DNA of 18,347 nt from Candidatus Thorarchaeota archaeon. Its GTDB lineage: Archaea; Asgardarchaeota; Thorarchaeia; Thorarchaeales; Thorarchaeaceae. Position 1 is the stretch's first letter. Each line of letters begins with the position of its first letter. Below are positions 1 through 8,373 of the stretch, one piece after another. Under the pieces are notes generated by a model. The model was not told where the DNA came from. It saw only the letters and a program-made list of their open reading frames with translations, and did not search any database. The translations under genes were made by a program, and so were the position numbers. Location: NCBI GenBank assembly GCA_046758445.1, contig JBHIAE010000055.1:1-18347 (forward strand), written 5' to 3'.

Positions 1-11
1 GAGATGACAGA

Positions 12-18
12 CTTAAAT
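12..18 (+). promoter_or_regulatory. Putative archaeal TATA box (CTTAAAT) for the FabK-like/ADH/AOR operon
   Basis: AT-rich CTTAAAT ends about 25 nt upstream of ATG 43, the spacing expected for a leaderless or short-leader archaeal transcript. Position-based inference only. Confidence 0.4.
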
Positions 19-42
19 CGACGTTGGGACTAGCGGTGTCTT

Positions 43-1137
43 ATGACGCTCCTCAGAACCGAGATCTGCGACATCATCGGAATTCAACACCCGATACTGC
101 AAGGAGGCATGGGTCCATACAAGACAGAGGATCTTGCGATTGCAGCTTCGAGAGCTGGAGCCTTGGGTATGATCAGTAGTATTGGGATGGCTGCGACTCT
201 GATTCCCGAAGCGGCACCGGTTGATGCGGTGAGAATGTTCGGAACAGACCCACCGGCGGTGATTCTTCAGAAGTCGATTGAAGCAGTGGCAGAAGGCGTT
301 CAAGGTACTGGAGGAGTCTTTGGCGTCAATATCCCAGTTGCTGCCGAGTTCCTTCTTGCTTCCCAGATGTTTGCCGAACAGGTAGTGGAGGCTTGTAGGA
401 GCGATTCAGATGTTGAAAGAACCCTTCGTGTTGTTGTGACATCAGCAGGGAATCCAACACCCTGGGCAGAACTGAAGAAACAAGGACTTGTTTGGATTCA
501 TGTTGTTCCTTCTGTGTATCACGCTAAGAAAGCTGAGAAGGCGGGGGCAGATGTAATCGTAGCCTCAGGTCATGAGGGCGGAGCTCATGTTTCCTGGGAC
601 CCTGTTCACTCCATGGTCCTAGTCCCAGCGGTAGTGCGAGCTGTGAAGACGCCCGTTGTAGCGGCAGGCGGATTCTGTGATGGAAGTACGCTTGCAGCGG
701 CTCTATGTCTCGGTGCGAAAGGGATACAGATGGGTACCAGGTTCATTGCCACAAAAGAGAGTGAGTTCGAACCCATCTGGAAACGAGCGATAATCGAAAA
801 AGAGGAGCGTCAGACCCTAGTTGCGAGAGGGCTCTTCGGACCAATGCGATTCCTTAGAAACAGGAGAGCTGAGGAGATAGTTGAACAGACTCTCAAGGAC
901 CTTCCCCGTTTCTACTTGGGCGAACCTCTGGATTCAAACGATGAGATCCTCAGACTTGAGAAAACGGGATTCGACGACCTAATTGACTCCAAAGCAGAAA
1001 CAGCACTGATGTTCGGCGGGGAAGTGGTGGGGCGCATAGATGATCTTCCAAGCGTACAAGATGTCGTCGAGAGTACTGTGCGAGAGGCCTCCGAGATAGT
1101 GCGAACTCTCCCAAGTGCAATTCTTAGGGAAGAGTGA
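43..1137 (+). CDS. Nitronate monooxygenase / enoyl-ACP reductase II (FabK) family FMN-dependent oxidoreductase
   Basis: 364 aa. Family motifs: N-terminal 'GIQHPILQGGMG', 'AKKAEKAGADVIVASGHEGGAH' (catalytic His of the GxEaGGH motif), 'PVVAAGGFCDG', 'LGAKGIQMGTRF'. Substrate cannot be assigned. Confidence 0.88.
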   Translation: MTLLRTEICDIIGIQHPILQGGMGPYKTEDLAIAASRAGALGMISSIGMAATLIPEAAPVDAVRMFGTDPPAVILQKSIEAVAEGVQGTGGVFGVNIPVAAEFLLASQMFAEQVVEACRSDSDVERTLRVVVTSAGNPTPWAELKKQGLVWIHVVPSVYHAKKAEKAGADVIVASGHEGGAHVSWDPVHSMVLVPAVVRAVKTPVVAAGGFCDGSTLAAALCLGAKGIQMGTRFIATKESEFEPIWKRAIIEKEERQTLVARGLFGPMRFLRNRRAEEIVEQTLKDLPRFYLGEPLDSNDEILRLEKTGFDDLIDSKAETALMFGGEVVGRIDDLPSVQDVVESTVREASEIVRTLPSAILREE

Positions 1138-1219
1138 GACGTCACAAATAAGAGGGCGTTCAATAACTGTCTGGCTGTTAGGGCGAGATGCCAGAGAACG
1201 TGCTCTGAGGTTGCGGAAG

Positions 1220-2395
1220 ATGTCATGGGAATTCAACATGCCAAAGGTCGTTTTCGGAGAAGACTCGATTGAGGAGCTTGAGAGAGTCAAGGGCAAAAGT
1301 GCGTTCATAATCACCGACGAGGTGATTAACAAACTTGGTCTGGTAGACAAGGCCGTACAGATTCTGACTGACAACCAGTGGAGTATCGCTGTATGGGACT
1401 GCGCAGAACCGGATCCGCGAATATCGACCGTTCGTGAAGCTTCTGTAGGCATCAGAGAATTCGGCGCTGACACGATAGTTGCAATCGGTGGGGGTAGTGT
1501 CATGGACACTGCGAAAGCAGCATGGGTCCTCTATGCGAAACCCGACATGGACCTGACAGCCCTTTCACCGTTTGATGAGCTCGGAGTGGCTGAGAAAGCA
1601 AAGCTAGTCTGTATTCCAACCACTGCCGGCACGGGTTCAGAGGTGACTCATTCCGTAGTGATACGTGAAGACGAAACCGGACGCAAGTTTGCGACAGTAA
1701 ACTCTGAACTAGTCGCGGACCTCGCAATCCTCGACCCCTATTTCGTAAAGGACCTTCCCAAGAACCTCACAGCCTATACGGGAATGGACGCGTTGACTCA
1801 CTCGGTGGAGGCCTACGTGTCGTCTTGGAAGAACGACATATCGGACGGATGTGCCATGAAGGCCGTCAAGATGGTGTTTGAGTGGTTGCCAAAATCTGTA
1901 GAGAACTTGGATGACATTGAGGCGAGGGAAAAGATGCTTGTTGCTGCCAGTCTTGCAGGTATGGCTTTCGGTAACTCCCAGGTTGCACTCTCGCACTCAC
2001 TTGGTCACAGCATGGGCTCAGTACTCAGACTTCATCATGGTCTCTCCGTGGGGATGGCTCTTCCATATACGATTGAGTACAGCTGCAAGGGAGTGCCTGA
2101 TGCGGCCCGTCATTATTCCGAGCTTGCCAGCCTGATTGGAATCCCGGGAAAGAGACACGTGAGTGTAGCTAGGAAGTTTGCCCAGGCAATACGTGAGCTC
2201 ATGGATAGCATAGGAAGCCCAACAAGCCTGAAGGCTGCCAAGGTCAAGAAGAAGGACTTCAAGGCCGGTCTCGACAATCTTGTGAAATACACAATGATGG
2301 ATGCTGCCATCACAATGAATCCCCGAAACACTGACAGCACAATCATCCGCAAGATATACGAATACATGTTCGAAGGCAATCCAATCGACTTCTGA
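1220..2395 (+). CDS. Iron-containing (type III) alcohol dehydrogenase
   Basis: Start moved from 1115 to ATG 1220 (MSWEFNMPKVVFG), which has GAGGT upstream and avoids overlap with the previous gene. Motifs: GGGSVMD, PTTAGTGSEVT, AILDP; metal ligands in DALTH, LSHSLGH, LHHG. Confidence 0.93.
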   Translation: MSWEFNMPKVVFGEDSIEELERVKGKSAFIITDEVINKLGLVDKAVQILTDNQWSIAVWDCAEPDPRISTVREASVGIREFGADTIVAIGGGSVMDTAKAAWVLYAKPDMDLTALSPFDELGVAEKAKLVCIPTTAGTGSEVTHSVVIREDETGRKFATVNSELVADLAILDPYFVKDLPKNLTAYTGMDALTHSVEAYVSSWKNDISDGCAMKAVKMVFEWLPKSVENLDDIEAREKMLVAASLAGMAFGNSQVALSHSLGHSMGSVLRLHHGLSVGMALPYTIEYSCKGVPDAARHYSELASLIGIPGKRHVSVARKFAQAIRELMDSIGSPTSLKAAKVKKKDFKAGLDNLVKYTMMDAAITMNPRNTDSTIIRKIYEYMFEGNPIDF

Positions 2396-2399
2396 TGGA

Positions 2400-4226
2400 G
2401 TGAGTCCAGTGTTAGGGTATCGTGGAAAAATACTCAGAGTAGATTTCAGTACTGGGAAGATCTCAGATATGGCCGTTGACCCCAAGATGGCTCGCCAGTA
2501 TATTGGGGGTGCAGGTCTGGCAGCTCGTATTCTCTACGATATGATTGATGCAAACACGGACCCACTCAGTCCGGAAAATCCCCTGATGTTCCTCACTGGT
2601 CCTTTCTGTGGAACAATGGTACCTACGGGTAGCAAGGCCTCGGCATGCTCGCGGTCCCCCCTGACAGGTATATGGGCGCACAGCACATTCGGAGGTCATT
2701 TCGGGGCGGATCTCAAGTTCGCAGGATATGACGGAATACTACTCGAAGGTGCAGCCGACAGGTCCAGCTACTTGTTTGTGGAAGACTCGAATGTAGAAAT
2801 CAGGGATGCAGATCATCTTTGGCGTAAGGACACTCTTGAAACATGGGAAATCCTGAAAGAAGAAACAAAGCTTCGAAGCCCCGGTGTCGCCAGAATAGGG
2901 GTAGCTGGGGAGAACCTAGTCAAGTTTGCGAACATCATCTTTGACCATCACCGAGCAGCAGGGCGCGCAGGTCTGGGAGCTGTCATGGGCTCAAAGAAGC
3001 TGAAGGCTATCGTCGTCCGGGGGTCCGACAGGAAGGTCCCTGTTGCTGAACCGGAGAGGCTCAAAGAATATGCCAACTATCTCAAGGAGGACAAGAGCGA
3101 AGACCCAACAGTTGCAATGTACACCGCTCTGGGTACTGCAGGCTATGTCGATATGGCCGTGGGGATGTACGGCTCACTCCCGGCAGGCTACTACACTGTT
3201 TCCGATTTCGACTCGTACAATATCAGTGGAACCTCTCTTCGCGAAACAATACTAGTCGGCAAGACAGCATGCTACAGGTGTCCAGTTGGCTGTGGCAGAG
3301 TGATTGAGATCAAAGAAGGGAAGTACGCTACTGAGAAGTTTGCGGGGCCAGAATACGAGGTAACTGGTTCGATGGGTTCGCTTCTCCTAAACGACGATAT
3401 TGAGGCTCTGGCTTATGCGAACAAACAACTAACCCTTCTCGGATTGGACACAATAACTGGTGGGAATATTGTGGCCTTTGCTTACTATCTGTTCAACGAG
3501 GGAAAGATAACAGCGGAAGACCTTGACGGTATCAGTCCCAAGTGGGGTGAGATTGACTCAGCTCTAGTCATACTTGAGAAGATTGCCAATCGAGAAGGTA
3601 TTGGAAACCTTATGGCGGAAGGTTCCGTGGCCTTTGGAGCGAAATTCGGGTTTGAGAATCTGGCAGTCCAAGTGAATGGCCTTGACTTGCCGATGCATGA
3701 CCCTAGGGGCTTCTCAGGGCTCGCAGTTGGCTACGCGACGTCCCCACGTGGTGCGTGCCACATGACTGCTGACATGTACACGGTTCAGATGGGGCAAATC
3801 AACGAAGCATTGGGAATAGAGAGTAATCATAGGTTTGACAATGAGGCTGTTATTGTGGCGAAACATCAGGACTGGAGATGTCTAACGAACTCTGCTGTAA
3901 TATGCAACTTCTTCCCGGTGATGGCGGAGGAGCTAGTGGAGCTCTTCAAGATGGTAATGGGATGGGATTCATCCGTCGACGAGATTGCTCTTACTGGAGA
4001 GAGGATATTCACGATGATGCGTCTGTTCAATCTGAAATTGGGTTATGATGTGAAGAACGAGAAGCTCCCTGAGATTGTCCTACGTCCGCTTGAGGGTGCA
4101 TCTGAGGGTCATGTTCCTGATGTGGAAGCTCAGCTCGAAACTTGGTACAAGCATCGCAAGTGGAGCAGAAAGACCGGCAAGCCATCGAAGAAGAAGATCG
4201 AGAAGCTTGGCCTTGCTGAGCTGTGA
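2400..4226 (+). CDS. aor: Tungsten-containing aldehyde:ferredoxin oxidoreductase (AOR family)
   Basis: 608 aa. Motifs: 'GYRGKILRVD', 'SPLTG', 'LKFAGYD', 'AAGRAGLGAVMGSKKLKAI', [4Fe-4S] motif CYRCPVGC plus distal Cys (VIC), GPEYE, RGACH. GTG start; GTG 2409 after GGAGTGA is an equally good start. Confidence 0.93.
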   Translation: MSPVLGYRGKILRVDFSTGKISDMAVDPKMARQYIGGAGLAARILYDMIDANTDPLSPENPLMFLTGPFCGTMVPTGSKASACSRSPLTGIWAHSTFGGHFGADLKFAGYDGILLEGAADRSSYLFVEDSNVEIRDADHLWRKDTLETWEILKEETKLRSPGVARIGVAGENLVKFANIIFDHHRAAGRAGLGAVMGSKKLKAIVVRGSDRKVPVAEPERLKEYANYLKEDKSEDPTVAMYTALGTAGYVDMAVGMYGSLPAGYYTVSDFDSYNISGTSLRETILVGKTACYRCPVGCGRVIEIKEGKYATEKFAGPEYEVTGSMGSLLLNDDIEALAYANKQLTLLGLDTITGGNIVAFAYYLFNEGKITAEDLDGISPKWGEIDSALVILEKIANREGIGNLMAEGSVAFGAKFGFENLAVQVNGLDLPMHDPRGFSGLAVGYATSPRGACHMTADMYTVQMGQINEALGIESNHRFDNEAVIVAKHQDWRCLTNSAVICNFFPVMAEELVELFKMVMGWDSSVDEIALTGERIFTMMRLFNLKLGYDVKNEKLPEIVLRPLEGASEGHVPDVEAQLETWYKHRKWSRKTGKPSKKKIEKLGLAEL

Positions 4227-4246
4227 CGCAGGAACAGATGGCTTGA

Positions 4247-5755
4247 CTAGGAAAGGTCGGAAAGTTGTCGGAGAATTGACTTCAAGAGATTGTATAGAAC
4301 TCCCACATCAGCAATCTTCAGCTTCTCATCCGGGGTATGAGGGTTCTTCAGACTAGGCCCGATTGACGCCATTTGTATGCCAGGTATCTTCGCTCCAACA
4401 ATACCACACTCAAGCCCAGCGTGGATCGCCTCAACCGTGACGCTCTTTCCAAGCTCACTCTCGTAGCGCTTCCTTACAAACTGAAGAAACGGACTGTTAG
4501 GGTTAGGCGCCCACCCCGGATATGGCGGCTTCATCGTCACTTCCCATCCACCGAGTCTTCCGAGATCAGAGAGAGCCAAGCGAAACGATTCTAGCTCCTC
4601 GTCGATATTCCCTCTAGCTGACAGAAGCACAGTTACAGTATCTCCCTCTGACTTGATTATAGCCAGGTTGTTGGATGTTTCAACAAGACCATCAACGGCG
4701 GGAGAAAAGCGTACAGGGCCATGAGGAAGAGCGTGAACAGTGCGGACAATCTTGACTGAGTCATCCACAGAGAAACGGGGCTCAGACTCGCTCTTGTTCC
4801 ATTTGATTTCAAGTTTCGGCTCAAGGACTTCTGCTCCAGGCTCCGGACTTTTGTAGTAATTCAAGATGGCATCGCGCTCAGAAATGAGTGTCTCCTCTAC
4901 CCTGGCGGCTCTGTCAGCAGTGACTCCGAACCTGACAGTCGAATCACGAGTAATCGCATTGGCTTTGCTGCCTCCGTTCCAGTCACATAACATCACTCCG
5001 GTTTCGCGGACGATTCTCGAGAGGATTCTGGCGACTAGTTTGTTGGCGTTAGCACGAGGCAAATGAATATCGACACCAGAATGACCACCAAACAATCCAG
5101 ATACTGCTAGTTCTAGAAAGGCTGTGGGGCCTCTTGGCTCGATGCGTTTCAGCTCCTTCTCAAAGAGGAGGTCTCCTCCGCCGGCTGAACCTATTGTGAT
5201 GGATCCAATTCCCTCAGAATCGATGTTGATCATCAGCTTGCTCTCTATGCCAAGACTCTCAGTGTCAAGTCCGAATGCACCAACTAGTCCTGTTTCCTCG
5301 TCGACAGTTGCAAGAATCTCAAGTGGACCATGGACCACATCGGAGTCGAATAACAGAGCAAGTGCAATCGATAGACCGATCCCATTGTCCCCTCCAAGTG
5401 TAGTGCCTTCAGCATCAACCCATTCACCGTTGTCCTGGACACGGACGGGGATTGGCTCATTATCAAAATCGAACCCGTCCGGTCGATCAGTTTCACAGAC
5501 CATGTCCATGTGACCCTGAAGAAGGATACGTGGCGAGGACTCCATTCCCTGTGTGGCAGACTTCTTTAGCAGGAGGTTTCCAGTCGAATCCTCTGAAATC
5601 GTTATGTCCAAGTTCATTGACTTCGACTGCTCTGCGACCCATTCCTTGATTTTGGCACGAATCTTCTCTTCCTTCTTGGATGCACGTGGAGTGCGAGTGA
5701 ACACGTCTTCAAATATCTCCCAGACCAGCTTCGGTTCAAGATTCTCGAGGACCAT
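4247..5755 (-). CDS. pepD: Aminoacyl-histidine dipeptidase (peptidase M20C, PepD)
   Basis: Start moved to ATG at 5755 (MVLENLEPKLVWEIF) with GGAG upstream. Motifs: PRASKKEE, QGHMDMV, TTLGGDNGIG, DEETGL, NIDSE, GGHSGVDIH, VETSNNL, IHAGLECG, PHTPDE. Confidence 0.92.
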   Translation of the reverse strand: MVLENLEPKLVWEIFEDVFTRTPRASKKEEKIRAKIKEWVAEQSKSMNLDITISEDSTGNLLLKKSATQGMESSPRILLQGHMDMVCETDRPDGFDFDNEPIPVRVQDNGEWVDAEGTTLGGDNGIGLSIALALLFDSDVVHGPLEILATVDEETGLVGAFGLDTESLGIESKLMINIDSEGIGSITIGSAGGGDLLFEKELKRIEPRGPTAFLELAVSGLFGGHSGVDIHLPRANANKLVARILSRIVRETGVMLCDWNGGSKANAITRDSTVRFGVTADRAARVEETLISERDAILNYYKSPEPGAEVLEPKLEIKWNKSESEPRFSVDDSVKIVRTVHALPHGPVRFSPAVDGLVETSNNLAIIKSEGDTVTVLLSARGNIDEELESFRLALSDLGRLGGWEVTMKPPYPGWAPNPNSPFLQFVRKRYESELGKSVTVEAIHAGLECGIVGAKIPGIQMASIGPSLKNPHTPDEKLKIADVGVLYNLLKSILRQLSDLS

Positions 5756-5793
5756 TTGGATGTCTCCGTAGAAACCCAGGAGCGAATGTCCTC

Positions 5794-5806
5794 TATTAAA
5801 CTTCTC
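5794..5806 (-). promoter_or_regulatory. Putative BRE + TATA box for pepD
   Basis: Minus strand reads GAGAAG-TTTAATA, a purine-rich BRE-like element directly before a TATA-like box, about 40 nt upstream of ATG 5755. This leaves room for a short leader carrying the GGAG SD. Confidence 0.55.
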
Positions 5807-5899
5807 ACAAGTCGTCAGCAAGTCAGTGAATCGCTTAATCCTCGGAATGCTTTTCATAGGCGTTGCACAACACAGTCGAGCATGTTGGTGGATTGGAAC

Positions 5900-6781
5900 A
5901 TGTTATTTGATCCAGAGATTACAATATTCCTACGCGACCTTATCCCTTGGGCGGGAGAAGTCTTAGGATTCATCAGCGAAGTCGGCGATCTTCTCTTCTA
6001 TGTCGGTGTAATCTTGATAGCATACTGGACCTTCGGCAAGAGAGAAGCTATCCTGACTTCAGTTGTGATGACTGTTTCACTCTTTTCCAACTACTGGTTG
6101 AAGTATGCGATTGCGAATCCGAGGCCGCCCAACACTCCCCCGAACAACTATTGGTATGAAGGTGTAGAAGCGACGAACTTCAGCACACCCAGTGGACACG
6201 CACATAACTCAGCGACCTTCTACGGTTGGATTTCAGCGAAAGTGAAGACATGGTGGATGCTGTTCGTTTCCATTATTGTCGTCCTTCTAATTGGCTTCTC
6301 AAGGGTCTACCTTGGTGTACACTATCTGGGAGACGTGTTGTTGGGATGGGGCATAGGAATCGTAACGGTGTTGGTCATCTTCCAGATTGAGAGACCGTTT
6401 ACCAGCTTCGCGTCGCAATACAAATCAGAATACCTCTGGCTGGCTCTCTCAGCCTTCGCGTTCCTTTTGGTACTCATCAGCTCTTTCCTCCCATACCCAC
6501 CAGCTGACAATTTTGGCGCATATGGAGGATTAGTAATGGGACTAGGAGTTGCCGTCCCGCTGGAGCAGAAGTACGTCGGCTTCGAAACCGGGTCTGCTAT
6601 CAAAGTTACACACATGGCTGTGCGGGTAGTGGTCGGCCTAGTGCTGGTATTAGGTTTGATGCTGGGTCTTTCGGGACTGCTGCCAACAACCCAGATCTGG
6701 CTCAGGACCCTCCGCTACTTCCTAGTGGTTCTGGTGGGCGTCTTCATTTGGCCCCTGATATTCAAGAAGGCGGGGCTGTGA
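5900..6781 (+). CDS. PAP2-family integral membrane phosphatase (lipid or polyprenyl phosphate phosphatase-like)
   Basis: All three PAP2 motifs are intact: KYAIANPRP, PSGH, SRVYLGVHYLGD. Multiple hydrophobic helices. Start set at ATG 5900 (GGTGG upstream); ATG 5882 is an alternative. The 5756 start would fill the whole divergent promoter region. Confidence 0.9.
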   Translation: MLFDPEITIFLRDLIPWAGEVLGFISEVGDLLFYVGVILIAYWTFGKREAILTSVVMTVSLFSNYWLKYAIANPRPPNTPPNNYWYEGVEATNFSTPSGHAHNSATFYGWISAKVKTWWMLFVSIIVVLLIGFSRVYLGVHYLGDVLLGWGIGIVTVLVIFQIERPFTSFASQYKSEYLWLALSAFAFLLVLISSFLPYPPADNFGAYGGLVMGLGVAVPLEQKYVGFETGSAIKVTHMAVRVVVGLVLVLGLMLGLSGLLPTTQIWLRTLRYFLVVLVGVFIWPLIFKKAGL

Positions 6782-6955
6782 ATACCGAACGGAAGGTCCC
6801 GTTCTTCGAGTCGAAGGTCAACTTATCCTACGGCCGGAAAGAGAAAGAACTCTCGAAACAGTCTACAATCATCAGCTGCAATTCCGAACCAACCGTATTG
6901 TTTTCCTCGGTAGATTCAATAGACGCAATTAAGTGGAGAAACTTTGGTGAGTTCC

Positions 6956-7675
6956 ATGCTTGAGAAGTTCAGCACACCGTTGGCTAGTCCATTCTATCCG
7001 AGACCGCCATACCTATACAAGGACGCAGAGCTATTCCTAGCGCTCTTCAACCCAACAGAAGAGTCCCTAGAGAAGATGCTGCCAGACCCTCTGAAACCTT
7101 CTCAGTTGCCACTTGCAGCGCTGCTGTTTGGCAAGATGCCCTGTGTGGAAACTGGGACCTTCATAGAGTCAGCCCTCCTCGTGCAGTGCGTATTTGAGAA
7201 CATTGAAACTGGAGAAGAAGAGGTCGGGGTATACTTCTCACACAACTACGTGGATACGGACATTGCCCAAGCTTGCGGGAGAGAGATATGGGGGTATCCT
7301 CGCAAGATCGCCAAGACCACTATGAGATGGAGAAAAGACACGCTTACAGCATCAACCAAGAGGGATGGAAACACACTGTTCAAGGCAAAGTGCAAGTTTG
7401 ATGATGAGGGTGAATGGATTGACAGCGGCCCAAATGTCAATATCAAGGTCATACCTAGCGTGACCGGGGAATCATTCGACCTAGCTGTCGTGACCGCAGC
7501 ATACCTGACCTACGATATCCGAAACGGTCGCTCGGGCGAGGTCAACCTAGAGATCAATGGTGGGCCAGATGATGACTTCAGTCTAGTTGAGATAGATACA
7601 CCGATGCTTGGGATCTACTTTGACTGCGACATACATTTGCCACCTGGCAAGGTAGTGGCAAAGCTGAAGTCTTGA
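6956..7675 (+). CDS. Acetoacetate decarboxylase-like (ADC superfamily) protein with atypical active site
   Basis: 'STPLASPFYPRPPY', 'LPDPL', 'FIES', 'GREIWGYPRK' and 'VNIKVIPS' align by eye with Adc proteins. ATG 6956 is preceded by the SD GGTGA (6946-6950). Confidence 0.85.
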   Translation: MLEKFSTPLASPFYPRPPYLYKDAELFLALFNPTEESLEKMLPDPLKPSQLPLAALLFGKMPCVETGTFIESALLVQCVFENIETGEEEVGVYFSHNYVDTDIAQACGREIWGYPRKIAKTTMRWRKDTLTASTKRDGNTLFKAKCKFDDEGEWIDSGPNVNIKVIPSVTGESFDLAVVTAAYLTYDIRNGRSGEVNLEINGGPDDDFSLVEIDTPMLGIYFDCDIHLPPGKVVAKLKS

Positions 7676-7679
7676 GTAA

Positions 7680-8324
7680 TCAGAACTCAATCCAGCCAAA
7701 ATACGCAAGGATCGAGGTCAAAGCTACAACCTCTCTTTCAGGCATCTGCGTCATCTCAATGATGTCACGAATCGTGCGTGTGCCACTCGCACTCTGCTGG
7801 AGAATCTCCAGCTTCACATCGACTTCGCCTACACGCCAAGGAATCGGATTTCCCTTGTCGAGCGATTTCGGAACTGAGTCGAGGCTAATGTTCACAAGTG
7901 GCAACTCTTTGATCACTGCAAGTGCGAAGTTCTTGTAGCGGCGTATATCACCGATATCATCTCTGAGTGCCAACTTGTACTCCTTCTCAAAACCACGAAG
8001 CATCTTCACTAACCGGTCCCGATATACTCCTTCCTCATGCCCGCTTGTGAGACTCATCAGGCCAATGGATATTTCTCCGGGCTCAAAGATGTAGGAGAAG
8101 TTCGACCATCGAATTGATCGTATGTCATCACCGGTGAACTGCATAATGGCTCGGAGAAGTGCCGCCCTGACATCGTGGTTGACATCTGTAGATCCATCGT
8201 ACGGGACATATAACAGCAGCTCACCACCGTCTATACCAAGGAACATGATATGCTGGATGGGGGTTACATCAACCGAGCCGCTCAATTTCGCAGTCCACAC
8301 TTGTTTTTGGATAGTCAGACCCAT
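7680..8324 (-). CDS. Hypothetical protein, predicted longin-like domain plus C-terminal winged helix (NPRL2/Npr2-like)
   Basis: 214-aa ORF filling the gap between convergent genes. The N-terminal beta-beta-alpha-beta-beta-beta-alpha pattern ends in 'FEKEY..L...GDIRRYKNF', typical of Asgard longin-like proteins. The C-terminus 'GTRTIRDIIEMTQMPEREVVALTSILAYFGWI' is wHTH-like. The CDS is confident; the fold is an inference. Confidence 0.65.
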   Translation of the reverse strand: MGLTIQKQVWTAKLSGSVDVTPIQHIMFLGIDGGELLLYVPYDGSTDVNHDVRAALLRAIMQFTGDDIRSIRWSNFSYIFEPGEISIGLMSLTSGHEEGVYRDRLVKMLRGFEKEYKLALRDDIGDIRRYKNFALAVIKELPLVNISLDSVPKSLDKGNPIPWRVGEVDVKLEILQQSASGTRTIRDIIEMTQMPEREVVALTSILAYFGWIEF

Positions 8325-8333
8325 TTTCAGTTC

Positions 8334-8340
8334 AAAAAAG
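8334..8340 (-). terminator. Possible oligo-T archaeal terminator after the ABC permease
   Basis: Minus strand CTTTTTT about 35 nt after the permease stop at 8374. It lies only about 10 nt before the next ATG (8324), so its role is ambiguous. Confidence 0.3.
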
Positions 8341-8373
8341 AATGTTGCGTCTATCTAGCTGTAGATTCCTGGT

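Noticed and set aside
1170-1206. Two overlapping short hairpins (TCTGGC/GCCAGA and CAGAG/CTCTG) before the ADH SD
   Set aside because: Stems of 5-6 bp arise by chance, and there are no riboswitch or SECIS consensus features.
1115-1219. 35-aa N-terminal extension of the ADH ORF
   Set aside because: It overlaps the upstream gene and does not resemble the family. ATG 1220 has an SD and gives a typical N-terminus.
5756-5899. Long N-terminal extensions of pepD (to 5857) and PAP2 (from 5756)
   Set aside because: They would overlap each other head to head. The region contains TATA-like elements and is better read as a divergent promoter.
6125-6148. Imperfect 12-nt tandem duplication encoding PPNT-PPNN in PAP2
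   Set aside because: It is a short in-frame loop duplication between catalytic motifs with no evident consequence.
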